Source: Mobula hypostoma
Taxonomy: Eukaryota
Reading direction: 5' to 3'
Length of the DNA stretch: 64,000 bases
Assembly (NCBI RefSeq): GCF_963921235.1
Contig: NC_086123.1
Span: forward strand, 1,550,001-1,614,000
Positions 14,573 to 28,500 of the stretch are shown piece by piece; positions within the stretch are counted from its first letter, which is position 1; each line of letters opens with the position of its first letter. The translations under genes and the position numbers were made by a program. The notes beneath the pieces are model-generated. The model was not told the origin of the DNA and ran no database searches. It saw only the letters and a list, made by a program, of their open reading frames with translations.

Positions 14573-16056
14573 CATCCATGTATCTAACTAGATTTCTCTT
14601 AAATGCTCATTCCGCACTCTTACCACTCTCAGAATGAAGATCCCCTTCATGTTCACCTTAAACATTTCACCTTTCACCCTTAACCAATGACCTCCACAGT
14701 GGAAAAAGCCTGCTCACATTTTTCTTGTTTATAGTCCTCCTAATTTTGCACAGTTCTATCAACTCTTCTACACTCTGCAGAATAAAGTCCTAACCTATTC
14801 AACCTTCCTCTGTACCACTGAGAGCAGACTCACCAACTGCATCTCAGTGTGGTATGTCAATTGTCCCGTACCGGACCGCAAAGCACTCCAACGGATTATC
14901 CGCACCCAATTGTCCACCATTGAGAACATCTACCATAAACGCTGCCTAGGCAGGGCGAAAAGCATTATCAAGGATGCATCTCACTCTAACCATGGACTTT
15001 TTACTCTCCTCCCATCCAGTAGGTGCTATAGGAGCCTCCGCTCCCGCACCAGCAAGCACATGAAAAGCTTCTTCCCTGAGGCTGTGACTCTGCTGAACCT
15101 CACATCACAGCACTAAGCAGTATTGCACCCATATTGGACTGTCTCAGTACTTTTATATTTGTGTGCTGTAGCACTTACTTTTTATTTGTAGTTATTTTGT
15201 AAATAATACTATTCTTTTGCACTTCTGGCCAGACGATAATTGCATTTCATTGGCTTTGTATATGTACATGGCATAATGACAATAAAGTTGAATCTAATCT
15301 AATCTAATCACTCAGGTGCTCAAATCCTGGCAATATCCTTCTAAATTTTCTCTGTACTTTTTCAATCTTGATGATATCTTTCCTGTTGGTAGATGACCAG
15401 ATACTCCAAATTAGGCTTCACCAATGTTTTATAGAACTTCAACATAACATCCTAACTCCTATGCTTAATACTTTGATTTATGAAGGCCAATGAGCCAAAA
15501 GCTCTCTTTACCACCCTATCTACATGTGATGACATTTTCGAAGAAGTAAGGATCAATATTCCTCGGTCCTCTTCCACCACACTACTCTGCCCTACCGCTC
15601 ACTGTGCAAGCCTATCCTGGTTTGACAACCCCCCTCCCCCACACCAATACCTCACACTTGGCTACATTAAATTCTATCTGCCACTTTTTAGCCCATTTTT
15701 CCAACTGGTCCAGATTCCGCTGCAGACTTTGATAGCCTTCCTCGTTGCCCACTTTGCCCCCAGTCTTTGTTTCACCCGCAAATTTATTACCACATTATCA
15801 TCCAGATCACTGATTTAGATTACAAACAATGGACCAAGCACAGATCCCTGCAGCACATCACTGTTCACAGGCCTCCAGAAAAGCAATGATCAACTACCAC
15901 ACTTTGGACTACCACACTTTGGCTTCTACCATGGAGTTAATGTCCAATACAATTTACTACCTCATCTTGAATGCCAAATGATTGAACTTTCTTGACTAAC
16001 CTCCCATGCGGGACCTTGTCAAAGGCCTTGCAAAAGTCCATGTAAATAATATCCAC

Positions 16057-16269
16057 NNNNNNNNNNNNNNNNNNNNNNNNNNNNNNNNNNNNNNNNNNNN
16101 NNNNNNNNNNNNNNNNNNNNNNNNNNNNNNNNNNNNNNNNNNNNNNNNNNNNNNNNNNNNNNNNNNNNNNNNNNNNNNNNNNNNNNNNNNNNNNNNNNNN
16201 NNNNNNNNNNNNNNNNNNNNNNNNNNNNNNNNNNNNNNNNNNNNNNNNNNNNNNNNNNNNNNNNNNNNN
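16057..16269. other. Assembly gap (213 N)
   Basis: Run of N. Confidence 1.
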
Positions 16270-16505
16270 TCTTTTTCATGGCTTTTTTCAAGGCGCGGAG
16301 CGACAGAGAGAGATCATGTGATGCACCACTCCTCACACAGACATTTTTGCAGGTTTTTCCCCTTTATTTTACGAGGTCAAGTTGCGATCTCGACACTCAA
16401 CCTGGCACAGATGGAAAGCGTACTCGGGAACGGACCTGACTGCTTTCGAGCCTGGGAACCTCCGCCCCTGGGTCCAGCGCCGATGTCATTGCGCCACCAG
16501 CTGGG
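16270..16505 (-). mobile_element. tRNA-derived SINE (same family as 40652-40905)
   Basis: Reverse-complement similarity to the 40652-40905 copy; A/B-box-like head. Confidence 0.7.
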
Positions 16506-19500
16506 CCTCCCTTGCCTACTTCAACTTTTTTGGTAACTTCCTCAAAAAACTCTTCAGATTGGTAAGACACCACACCCAAAGCCACGTTGACGATCCCCAA
16601 TCAGCCCCCACCTACCCAAATACTTAAATATCCAGTCCCTGAGAATACCTTCCACTAACTTAACCACTAAAAGTCTATCATTTCCCATTTTATACAACGG
16701 ATATACAGAGCCTTTCTTAAACAATGGAACAACATGAACTGTGGTCTAGTCCTCTGGCACCTCACCCGTGGTTAAGGACGTTTTAAAGATCTCTGACAGG
16801 GCCCCTGCAGATTCTGCACTGGCCTCTCACAAACTGCGAGGGAATATATTGTCAGGACATGAGGCTTTATTGAGGGGCTTGGTATTTTTTCTTAAAGAAC
16901 CCTTTGGCTACACAATGCAAAAGATCTTCAGGTTTCATAGCCTCCTCATGTTCTAAACTCAGCACTTCAACAATTTTAGGTGGACTCACTTGTACATTTG
17001 TACCTCTACTTTTGACCACCATTGCAGCTACATGGCCACACACACAAATAGCATTGTTCTAAACAGTTGTCCTTATTTCAATCAGCCCTGCAATCTGAAT
17101 GACATTTAACTGCCCTCCAAAAAGTCTGCACAAGCCACTCAGTTGAAAAATAAAAATAAAACTGAACAGATATCCCAGCAAGAGCCTAGGCACCAAATTC
17201 GGAAACACAAAGGCACGCCTAACTCAATTTAGACTGCCATCTAAATTAGGAGAACGATCTCACAGACTGGAAAAGCAGCAGCTTCATCAGCTCCATTGTG
17301 ACCCCTGCATCCATCCTGTCTACTGCATGTCAGAATTAAACACATGTATTCATACAGCCCTCAGTATCAACTCTGAAGGCTCAAAGTATTGTGTTAGATA
17401 CAGCTAAGGAAATTTTAGTTGATACCACTCTTCTTCCTTTAGCTGATGTACTGGTACTCCATGTTGGAGGAAGCACTGAAAGCAGTGAGGGCACAAAACT
17501 GCATTTTGGATGGGAGACCTAATAGTGTACAGTAAACACCATAAACACAAGAGATTCTGCAGATGCTGGAAATCCAGAACAACATACACAAAATATTGGA
17601 AAAAATTCAGGCAGGCAGCATCTATGGATAAAAACAAAGAGCCAATGTTTTGGGCTGCAACCCTGCATCACGACTGCAAACCTGATGAGGTGTGTCAGCT
17701 TGAAATGATGACTGTTTGTTCCTCTCTGTAGGTACTGCCTGACTTGCTGAGCTCCTCCAACGTTCAGCAGCACCAAGTGGCCTGGACCTGAACAACAATC
17801 AGCCCAGCCTGGGCTGCAGGCAAGGGATGACAGAACCAACTCAAGGGATAAACATGGAAAACACTTCCCTCACCAACATAGCTGCGGTAACTACACACGT
17901 TGGTTGGCGTAGCAATAAGTGTAGGCAAAGCCCTACCTTCACACAACACTTCATTGTGTTCTGTTGCATTACTATTGTATTAAAGGGAAAACATTTAGAA
18001 CAGATTTAGCAGCTTGAAACTGGGAATTCACTGGTCAGCAGGATAAATGCAACCTCAAGGCCTCACAAAACCCAAAACCTACCATTACTGTGCCTTGGTT
18101 CAATGTGGAGTTGAAAGGAGCACATCTGGAAGAAAAAAGTTGTTCCACCCAAGGGGGAGGAAACAAGAAACAGGGTGACAGTCAGGAAGGGGAAAGGGGT
18201 TAAGGAGTAGAGCGGAGTACCCCTGTGGCCATCCCCCTCAACAACTTTATACCACTTTGGATACTGTTGGGGGTGGGCGTGAATTACCCAACAGCTGTTG
18301 GGTCTCTGACACTGAGTCTGGCTCTGTGACTCAGAAGGGTCACGGGAACGGTGGGGGGGGGGAGCGCGGTGAGCTGTGGTGATAGGGGATTCATTAATTA
18401 GAAAAACAGAAAGTAGGTTCTGCAGGCGAGAATGAGATTCGCAGATGGTATGTTGCCTCCCAGGTACCAGGGTCTAGGATATTGTGGGCTGAGTCCTCAG
18501 CATTCTCAAGTAGAAGGTGAACAGCTAGAGATCATGGTCCATGTAGGTACCAAAGACATGGGTAGGACGAGTGATGAGGTTCTGTAAAGGGAGTTCAGAG
18601 AGTAGGTGCTAAGTTAAAGGACAGAACCTCTAGTGTTCTGATCTTAGGATTGCTACCCATGTCATGTGCTACTGAGGCCAGAAATAGGAAAAATTATACA
18701 GTTTAACATATGGTTAAAGAGTTGGTGTAGGAGGGAGGGCAGAAGATTTTTGGATCATTGGGCTCTCTTCCAGGGAACCTGAACTGGAAGGGGAGAAATA
18801 TCCCAGCAGGAAGGTTTGCTAATGCTGCATGGTGGGGTTTAAATTATAGCTGAAGGGGAATGGGAACCAGAGTGCCAGAGCAGACAGTGGAGCAGTTGTG
18901 GAGACAGATGTTGCTAAGACATCAGACAAAGTCAGGAGTCAAAAAGTTTAGTATGGTGGAAGTAGTGTCCTGAGCTGCATACGTTTCGATGGAAGAAATA
19001 TTGTAGGAAAAGTGGCTGAGCTCAGAGCATGGACCAACGTTTGGAATTATGATAGTGAGATTTGGCTGCAGAAGAGGCAGGACAGGCAGCTCTATATTCC
19101 ACGGTTCCATTAGTTAGGAAAAATGTTACAGCAGTACTCTGTCAGGACAGACTGGAAAACTTGTCTCGTGAGACGTTATGGGTGGAACTGAAATAAGAAA
19201 GGGATGACCATGTTAATGGGGCTATATTACAGACCACCCTACAGTCTGAGGGATTTAGAAGAACAAATTTGTGCAGAGCTCGCAGACTTTTGCAAGAAAC
19301 ATGATGTTGTTATAGTAGGTGATCTTAACTTTCCACATATTGACTGGGACTCCTATTCAATAAAAGGACTAGAAGGGATAGGTTGTCAAATGTGTTCAGG
19401 AAAGTTTTAAAATCAGTACATTGAAGTGCCAAAGAGAGAGGGTGCGATACTCAATCTGTTATGAGGGAATGACACAGGGCAAGTGGCAGAATTTGCTGTA

Positions 19501-19766
19501 GGGGAACATTTTGCACCTAGGCAACACAATGTCATCAGTTTTAAAGTAAATAAGCTAAAAAAAAAGGTCTGGTCTGCAGGTTCAGATTTTAAGTTGGAGA
19601 AAGGCCAATTTTGATGGTATCAGAAATGATCTAGCAAGTGTGGATTGAGTGTTTTCTGGCAAAGGTGTACTTGGTAAGTGGGAGGCCTTCAAAACTGAAA
19701 TTTTGAGAACACAAAGCTTGTATGTGCCTGTCAGAATAAAAGGTAAAGATAACTAGTGTAGGGAAC

Positions 19767-19895
19767 AGGAATTCTGCAGATGCTGGAAATTCAAGCAACA
19801 TACATCAAAGTTGCTGGTGAACGCAGCAGGCCAAGCAGCATCTGTAGGAAGAGGTGCAGTCGACGTTTCAGGCCGAGACCCTTCGTCAGGACAGA
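19767..19895 (-). mobile_element. 129-bp Penelope-pLTR-derived mini-element with hammerhead motif and 13-bp TSD
   Basis: TAGTGTAGGGAAC at 19754-19766 and 19896-19908; removing the insert restores the CR1 sequence. Confidence 0.85.
19859..19892 (-). ncRNA. Minimal type I hammerhead ribozyme motif, core intact
   Basis: GTC-CTGACGA-AGG GTCTCGG CCT-GAAA-C-GTC-GAC on - strand; stem I only 3 bp. Confidence 0.7.
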
Positions 19896-21124
19896 TAGTG
19901 TAGGGAACCTTGGTTTTCAAGGTATTTAGGCCCTGGCTGAGACAAAAAAAGGAAGTGCATAGCAGATGTAGACAGAAAGGAACAAATGAGGTGCTTATGG
20001 AGTATAAGAAATATAAGAGAACAATTAATAAATAAATGAGGAGGGCTAAAAGAAGGCATGAATTTACTCTAGCAAACAGGGTAAAGGAGAATCCTAAGAG
20101 ATCCTATAGATATATTAAGAGCAAAAGGAAGCCAAGACAGATGAGGGGAGATCATAAGTAATTTTTTTGTATCTATATTTACTCAGGAGACAGACACAGA
20201 GTCTATAGAAGTGAAGCAAAGTGGCATCAACTTCAGATTACAGAAGAGGAGGTGTTTCTTACCTGAGGAAAATCAGGGTGGTTAAATCTCCAGGGCCTGA
20301 CAAGGTGTTCCCTCGGACCCGATGGGAGGCAAGTGTAGAATTGCTGGGGCTTGAGAAGAGATACTTAAAACATCCTTAGCAAAGGGAGAGATACCTGAGG
20401 ATTGGAGGATAGCCAATGTCATTCCGCTGTTTAGGAAAGGCTCCAACGTAACCAGGAAATTATAGGTTCATGGGTCTGACATGAGCTGTGGGAAAGTTAT
20501 TGGAAGGTATTCTAAGGGACCAGATATATTTATAATGACATGGACTAATTAAGAATAGTCAGCATGGCTTTGTGTGTAGTTGGTTATGTCTAACCAACCT
20601 TATAGAGTTTTTCGATTGAGTTACCAGGAAAGGAGATGAAAGCAAGGCAGTGGATGTTGTCTACATGGACTTCAGCAAGGCATTTGACAAGGTACCACAT
20701 GGGAGGTTGGTCAAGAATGTTCAGTCACTTGGCATTCAAGATGAGGTAGTGAAAGGACTAGACATTGACTTTGTGGTAGATGGTTGTGCTTCTGACAGGA
20801 GGTCTGTGACAAGCAGTGGGCTGCAGGGATCGGTGCTGGATCCTTTGTCATCTGTATCAATGATTTGGATGATAACGTGGATAACTGTATCAGCAAATTT
20901 GTGGATGACACCAACATCTGGGGTGAACTGGACAGTGAGGAAGGCTATCATGGCTTGCAGAGGGATCTGCATCAGCTGGAAAAATGGCAGAAGAAATTTA
21001 ACGTAGATAGTTACGAGGTTTTGCACTTTGGTAGGACCAACCAGGATAGTCTTACACAGTGAGGATTATGGCAATGAGAAGTGTGGTAGAACAAAGGGAT
21101 TTGGGAGTACAGGTCCACAATTAA

Positions 21125-21262
21125 TTGAAAATGGTATCACAAAACTACTGTGACATAGCAATGGCCTTTGGAACTGCTTGATGAAGGAAGCCATTGAAAT
21201 AAAACTAGAGGAAAAGAATTTTAACAAAGACGAAAGTCTCCCTCTAAGTAAGAACCGGAATT
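21125..21262 (+). mobile_element. Fragment of a second Penelope-like lineage (GIY-YIG C-terminus)
   Basis: LMKEAIEIKLEEKNFNKDESLPLSKN resembles the KEAIEI...FNRDxG..LS motif. Confidence 0.6.
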
Positions 21263-21699
21263 CCATAAGACATAGGAGCAGAATTAAGCCTTTTGGCCCA
21301 ACAAGTCTACTCTGACAATCAATCACAGCTGATCCTCCCCCTCCCCCCCACCGGCCTTCTCCCCGTAACCTTTGATACCGTGGCCAATCAAGAACCCCTC
21401 AATCTTCACCTTAAATACACCCAATAATCTTATTTTGAAATTAATGTTAGCATTGGTCCACATTCTGTGAATAAATAAGAATCAAGACTAATCGTTGAGA
21501 GCATTGCATGAAGGTAGTCCATTATGTGCACTAGATTTCCCCGCTGATATTATTCATTTACAGTCAAAAGCATAGATTGGAGGAATATCTCAGTCAAAAA
21601 CTATTAACTAATACAATTTTATAGTACTGTAGTAGAATTGATAGCATCTAATTTGCTTTGTATTTCACTTAAACAGAGCTTTGACTAGCAGCCAATCCG

Positions 21700-24600
21700 G
21701 ACATTTAGAGAGGAGGGGACTTCAATCAGGTCCACTGCGGGCGGACAAAAGGCAGGAGCAGGTCGCAACAGCGTCAAGGAGCTTTGACCAGTGACCAGTT
21801 GGCGCAGCGCCCATCGAGTGGACATAGTCAGAGTGGTGTACTTAAGGCTTTAGCTTTTCGAGGCCTCGGTGAAGAAAAGCTTCACTCAGAGAAAGCAAAG
21901 GAAAGAAAAACTCTTTTTTCCCCATTCTCTTCTTCCTATCTGCTCAGCTAGGACAATAGAGATGTCAGGAAGGCCAGCGCAGTGCTCCTCTTGCAGGATG
22001 TAGGAAGGCAGGGAGATCTCCAGTTTCCCTGATGACTAGAACTTCAACAAGTGCATCCAGCTGCAGCTTCTAACAAATGACGGTAAGGAATTAGAGCTGG
22101 AACTGGATGAACTCCAGATCATTCAGGAAGCTGAAGGTGTGATAGATAGGACCTACAGAAAGGTAGTTACACCCAAAGTACAAGACACAGGAAACTGGGT
22201 GACAGTCAGGAAGGGGGAAGTGGTTAAGAGCCAGTGCAGAGCTAAGGACCCTTGTGGCCATCACTCTGAATACTATCGGGATGAAGTGGGGGGGGGGAGC
22301 GGCCAAACAGAGAAAAGTTGCAGTTGGTGAGTCTCTGGTACGGAGTCTGCCTCCGTGACTCAGAAGGGAAGGGGGCAGGGGTGGGGGGAAGAGAAGAAGA
22401 GGCATGCTGTGGTGATAGGGGATTCATTAGTTAGGGGAACAGACAGGAGTTTCTGTGGCCAAGAACAAGATTTCCAGATGGTATGTTGCCGGGATATCTC
22501 GGATTGAGTCCTCAGCATTCTTAACAGGGAAGATGAACACCCAGAAGTCGTGGCCCATGTAGGTATCAATGACACGGGCAGGACGAGTGACGAGGTTTGG
22601 CATAGGGAGTTAGGTAATCCCAGAGCTCCAGGATTGTGATCTCAGGATTGTTACCCATGTCACTTGCTAGTGAGGCCAAAATAAGGAAGATTATACAATT
22701 TAATACATGGCTAAGCAGCTGGTGTAGGAGAGAGGACAGAAGGCTTTTGGATCTTTGGGCTCTCTTCCAGGGAATGGTATGGCTTGCACCTGGACTGGAG
22801 GGGGAACTAATATCCTAGCAGCGAGTTTTGTTAATGCTGTATGGTGGCATTTAAACTAGAGTTGCAAGGAGATGGGAACCTGAATGCCAGAACAGACAGT
22901 GGAGAGGTTGTGAAAGCAGATGTCGGAAAGACCCCAGACAAAGTTAGGAATCAAAAGGTTGAGCATGGTGCAACTACTGTCCTGGGCTGCATGTATTTCA
23001 ATACAAGTAATATCGTAGGAAAGACAGATAATGGTGCTGAAGATAAGGTAGCTGGTTTACAAACAGAGACATTGTGTAGTGAGGAAACGCTGTTGATACG
23101 ACAAAATTGCAGTCACCAGGATGAGTTGCAATGTAAAAGGTGGACAAAGTCGAAAAGGATGACTGCAGGACTGGAAGCGTTGTATCTGAATGCACACAGT
23201 ATATGGAATAACTTGCAGCATAGTTGCAAACTGGCATGTATGATGTTGTAGGCATCACTGAATCACGGCTGAAAGATTACAGCTGGGAGCTTAAAGTCCA
23301 ATGATACACAATGTATCGAAAGGATAGCCGGGAAGGCAGAGGGGGCAGTGTTACTCTGTTGGTAAAAAATGAAATCAAATCATTAGAAAGAGTTGACATA
23401 CGATCGGAAGGTGTTGAATCGTTGTGGATAGAGCTAAGGAACTGCAAAGGTAAAAATACCCTGATGGGAGCTGTACACAGATCCGCAAACAGTAGTAAGG
23501 ATGTGGCCTACAAATTGCAACGGGAGATAGAAAATGCATGCCAAAAGGGCAATGTTACAATAGTCATGGGGGATTTCAATATGCAGGTAGATTGGGAAAA
23601 TCAGGTTGGTGCTGGATTACAGGAGGGGAAATTTCTAAAGTACCTATAAGATGGCGTTTTAGAGCAGCTTGTACAAATGTAGATGAGCCCACTAGGAGAT
23701 CAGCTATTCTGGATTGGGCGTTGTGCAATGTACCAGAATTGATCAGAAAGCTTAAGGTAGAAGAACCCTCAGAGGGACATGTTCATGACTGAACTCACTC
23801 TGAAATTTGAGGAGGAATAGCCAAAGTCAGACGTACGAGTATTATAATGGAGTAAGGGGAACAACAGAGGCACGAGAGAGGCTAGAAATGATTGGAAAAT
23901 GACACTGACAAGGATGACGGCAGAACAGCAATGGCTGGAATTTCTAGAAGCAATTCAGAAAGCACAGGATATATACATCCTAAAGACGAATAAATATTTT
24001 AAAGGAAATAGTACTGGGAAGCTCAGAAGGCAACTAAAAGTAATTAAGGTAAAGATGGAATACAAAAGTAAGTTAGTCAACAATATTAAAGAGGATACCA
24101 AAAGTTTGTTTAAGCACATAAAATGTAAAAGAGAGACGAGAGTGGACATCAGACCGCTGGAAAACGATGCCAGATAGGTAGTAATGGGGGGACAACGAAA
24201 TGGTGGATGAACAGTCTTCATGGTGGAAGACACTAGCGGTAGAGTGGAAGTTCCAGGTGCTAGGGGGATGAAATGTGTGAAGTTACCATAACTAGAGAAG
24301 GTTCTTGGGAAACTGAAAGGTCTAAAGGTAGATAAGTCACCTGGTGTACAGCAAAGAGTTCTGAAAGAAGTGGCAGAAGTAATGATCTTTCAAGAATCAT
24401 TAGATTCTGGAATGGTTCCGGAAGACTGGAAAAGTTCAAATGTCACTCCACTCTTCAAGAAGGAAGAGGGAGAGAGGCAGAAGAAATGAAACTACAGGCC
24501 AGTTAGTCTGACCTCAGTGGTTGGAAAGATATTGGGAGTCGATTATTAATGATGAGGTCTCTGGGTACTTGAAGGCACGTGATAAAATAGGCCGTAGTTA

Positions 24601-27400
24601 GCATGATTTCCTCAAGTGAAAATCATGCCTGACAAATTTCTTGGAATTCTTTGAAGAAAAAGTCATAGTCATACTTTATTGATCCCGATGGAAATTGGGT
24701 TTTGTTACAGTTGCACCAACCAAGAATAGAGTATAAAAAGCAGGAAATAACAAGCAGGATAGACAAAGGAGAATTGGTTAATGTTGTGTACAGGTGTCCC
24801 CTGCTTTTCGAACGTTCGCTTTACGAAACCTCACTGTTATGAAAGACCTACATTAGTACCCTGTTTTCGCTTTCAGAAGGTGTTTTCACTGTTACGAAAA
24901 AAAATCAGCGCACACCCCGAGCAGCTGCTCTCCCCCGGATTTGAAACTGCATTCTTGCCGGCATTGCTTAAACACGTGCCTGTGAACAGCCGTTTGCAAG
25001 ATGAGTTCTATGGCATCGGAAAAGCCTAAAAGAGCTCGTAAGGGTGTTACACTTAGCGTAAAACTAGACATAATTAAGTGTTTCGATCGTGGTGAACAAA
25101 GGAAGGACAAAGTGAGTTTGGCTTGTGAAAGCTAACGAACATGACGTTGAAGAGGTTTTGGCATCCCATGACCAAGATCTGATAGATGAAGAGCTGATGC
25201 AATTGGAAGAAAAAAGGATAACAATTGAAACCGAATGAGTAATGATAAAATATGACTTTAATTTTGAAAGGGTACATCGGTTTATTTGCAGGATGGTTTG
25301 AGTCCTTACAAAGAACTGTGTGATAGAAAAATGCGCGAGGCTCAGCAGTCAAGCAAGCCTTCCACATCAGCCACAGCAGATGACGAACCTCGACCTTCGA
25401 CATCGAGGAGGGCAGAGATAGAAGATGACCTGCCTGCCCTAATGGCAACAGACGATGACGAGATGACACCCCAGTGTCCCACCACCCCAACCCCCAGGCC
25501 ACGGACAGATACCGATTCGCGGAGAATGCAACGGCAGCCGGGAGGCACACAGCACGTCTTCAAGAAAAAAGCCGAAATAAACATGCTAATTAATTACGTG
25601 CTGGGCGGCACCTAATTAATTAGCATGTTTGTTTCGCTTTTTCTTAAAGATGTACTGTGTGCCTCCCGGCTACCGCTGCACCCCTGCATGCTTCGCGGCA
25701 ATGTATTGCTCAGTGGCCTGGAGGGTGGGGGCCATTACACCACCCAAACTCCGACTCAGCCTAATACACCGTCATCAGTGTGCTTGGTGCTGTCTTCCTG
25801 ATTCCGGTAAGTGATACTACACTGTACATACATTATTTCTACTTTATATAGGCTGTGTATTTTTATGTGTTATTTGGTATGATTTGGCAGCTTCATAGCT
25901 TAAAGGTTACTGGAGAGCGCTTGCGCCGTGTTTTTGCCAACAGCGCTTGCGTGAGATTTTCTGCTGATGGCGCCAGCGTGAGATTTTCACTACGGAGAAC
26001 AGTGCAGTAATGGTTGTGGAAAAGTATTTCTACTTTATATAGGCTGTGTATTTATCATATCATTCCTGCTTTTACTATATTTTACTGTTATTTTAGGTTT
26101 TATGTGTTATTTGGCATGATTTGGTAGGTTATTTTTGGGTCTGGGAATGGTCACAGAATTTTCCCATATAAATAAATGGTAATTGCTTCTTCGCTTTACG
26201 AACCGTTTCAGAGAAACGCTCTACCTTCGGATGGCAGGGGAAACCTGTACTTGGATTTCCAGAAGGCCTTTGAGAATGTGCCACGAGGCTGCTTACAAGC
26301 TATGAGCCCATGGTACCACAGGAAAGATTCTAGCATAGATAAAGCAAGAGGCTGATTGGCAAAGGCAATGATTGGGAAGAAAGGGAGCCATTTCTGGCTG
26401 GCTGCCAGTGACGAGTGGTGTTCCACAGGTATCTGTGTTGGGGCTGATTCTTCTTAACGTTATACGTTAATGATTTGAATGGTGGAATTGATAGCTCTGA
26501 TGTAAACTTTGCAGGTAGGTGAAGACAGGTCGAGGGCAGGTAGTTTTGAGTAAGTAGAGGGGCTACAGAAGGACTTAGATTAGGAGAATGGGCAAAGAAA
26601 TGGCAGATGGAAAACAGTGTTGGGAAGTGTATGGTCATGCACTTTGCTAGAAGAAATGAAAGCGTTGACTATTTTCTAAATGGAGAGAAAATAGAAAAAG
26701 CTGAGGTACAAAAGGACTTGGGAGTCCTTTTGCAGGATTCGTTAAAGATTAATTTGCAGATCGAGTCTGTGGTAAGGAAGGGAAATGCAATGTTAGCATT
26801 CATTTCAAAAGGACCAGAATATAAAAACAAGGATGTTTATGTTTAAACTTTATAAAGCACTGGTGTGGCCTCACTTGGAGTACTGTAAGCAGTTTTGGGC
26901 CCCTTATCTTAGAAAGGAAGTGCTGAAACTGGAGGAGGCTCATGAAAATGATTCCAGGATTGAATGGCTTGTCATATGAAGAGTGTTTGATGGCTCTGGG
27001 CCTGTACTCACTGGAATTCAGAAGAATGAGGGGTGACCTCATTGAAACCTATCAAATGACTTTGACAGAGTGGATATGGAGAGGATGTTTCCTGTGGCAG
27101 GACAGTCTAAGACCAGAGGACCCAGCCTCAGAATAGAAGGGTGTCCTTGTAGAACGGAGATGAGGAGGAATTTCTTTAGCCAGAGTGGTGAATCTGTGGA
27201 ATTTGTTGCCACAGGTAGCTGTGGAAGCTAAGTCTGTATGCATATTTAAGGCAGAGGTTGGTAATTCTTGATTGGTCAGGGCATGAAGGGATACAAGGAG
27301 AAGGCAGGAGATTGGGGTAGAAAGGAAAATGTATCAGCAAAGATGAAATGGTACAGAAGACTTGATGGGCCAAATGGTCTAATTCTGCTCCTATATCTTA
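21700..27400 (+). mobile_element. Near-full-length decayed CR1 LINE (possibly two subfamilies joined near 23020), interrupted by a Tigger element
   Basis: ORF1 remnants, RGGSVTLLVK..ESLWIEL..IVMGDFN, KSCLT, KCMVMHF, LYSLEFRRMRGDLIETY, 3' tail. Confidence 0.9.
24791..26247 (+). mobile_element. Non-autonomous Tigger/pogo-type DNA transposon
   Basis: TA|CAGGTGTCCCCTGC...GCAGGGGAAACCTG|TA inserted in the CR1 VVY-LDFQKAF codons; HTH_psq remnant (TLSVKLDIIKCFDRGE). Confidence 0.85.
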
Positions 27401-28289
27401 TAGCCAGTCACTCACTAAAGTGATAGTGTCTTTTTTTAAAATACTTTTTAAAACTATTTCCATGAAACTTCAGCTAATTAGACCATAAGCCTGATACAGG
27501 AGCAGAATTAGGCCACTTGGTCCATTGACTCTGCTCCACGATTTCATCATGGCTGATCCATTTCCCTCTTAGCCCAAATTTCAGAATCCTTTTTTAAAAC
27601 CAGAATCCACTGTAGATATAAACAAGTAGTGCAAAGAGATGTCAAAAACAGTGAAGTGGTGCTCATGGACCATTCTGAAACTGACAGAGGGGAAGAACGC
27701 TTTAAAAAAAAAGAGCGTCTCTCTTCAGGCTGCTGTACTTCCCTGACGGCAGTAATGAAGCCATGAGAATGGGGGCGGGTCGGGGAGTCCTTCATGATGA
27801 TGCCACCTTTGTGAGACACTGTCTTTTGAATATATTCTTGATGCTGGGGAGGCTACTGCCTGTGATAGAGCTGGCTAAACTTTGCAGATTTTTCCCATTC
27901 TGTCCAGTAAGTTATCATCCGGTATGGAGGGGCCAATCAGTTAATATGCTTTCCAAGGTACATTAGTACAAATCTGCTAGCCTTTCGTGACATATTAAAT
28001 CTCTTCAAATTCCCAATAAAATGAATGCCTTGTAACGCTTTGTTACAGTTAACTAACGCCTAGCTCTTCTGGCCAAGCTAGGCATGGTTCTTTCTGGTAG
28101 CTAAGCCAGTACGTTAATTAGGCCAATCTGGAACCGTGGTTCCTGATGGCTGGGAATACACATGTGAGGCGCTGTCAAGGACTGATCAGTCATGTTAAAC
28201 CTTTCTTAGCGTTTCCACGTGGCAAATTGGATGCAACATCAACTTTATTTAACATTCAGAGATGAAAGCAGCACAAATCCAGGCTCCCT

Positions 28290-28500
28290 ACTTACTCGAA
28301 ATGCTGGAGAAACTCCGCAAACTAGGCAGCATCTATGGAAAAGAGTACAGTCGACGTGTTGGGCCGAATCCTGCTGAAGGGTCACGGCCCGAAACGTCAA
28401 CTGTACTCTTTTCCACAGATGCTGCCTGGCCTGCTGAGTTCCTCCAGCATTTTGTGTGTGCTGCTCGGATTTCCAGATCAGCAGATTTTCTCTTGTTTGT
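28290..28500. mobile_element. Inverted pair of Penelope-pLTR-derived repeats, hammerhead core mutated (CTGCTGA)
   Basis: 28290-28367 is approximately the reverse complement of 28385-28460. Confidence 0.75.

Larger units (their letters stand above)
14573..16860 (-). mobile_element. Fragmented CR1 LINE interrupted by a Rex1-like 3' fragment (~14805-15308, +), the gap and a SINE
   Basis: Reverse complement resembles the CR1 RT and 3' regions elsewhere in the window. Confidence 0.75.
18170..21120 (+). mobile_element. Decayed CR1 LINE (ORF1 remnant plus ORF2)
   Basis: YYRPP..VVIVGDLNFPHIDW, DVVYMDFSKAFDKVPHGRL, ISKFVDDT; similar to the 760-3560 copy. Confidence 0.9.
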
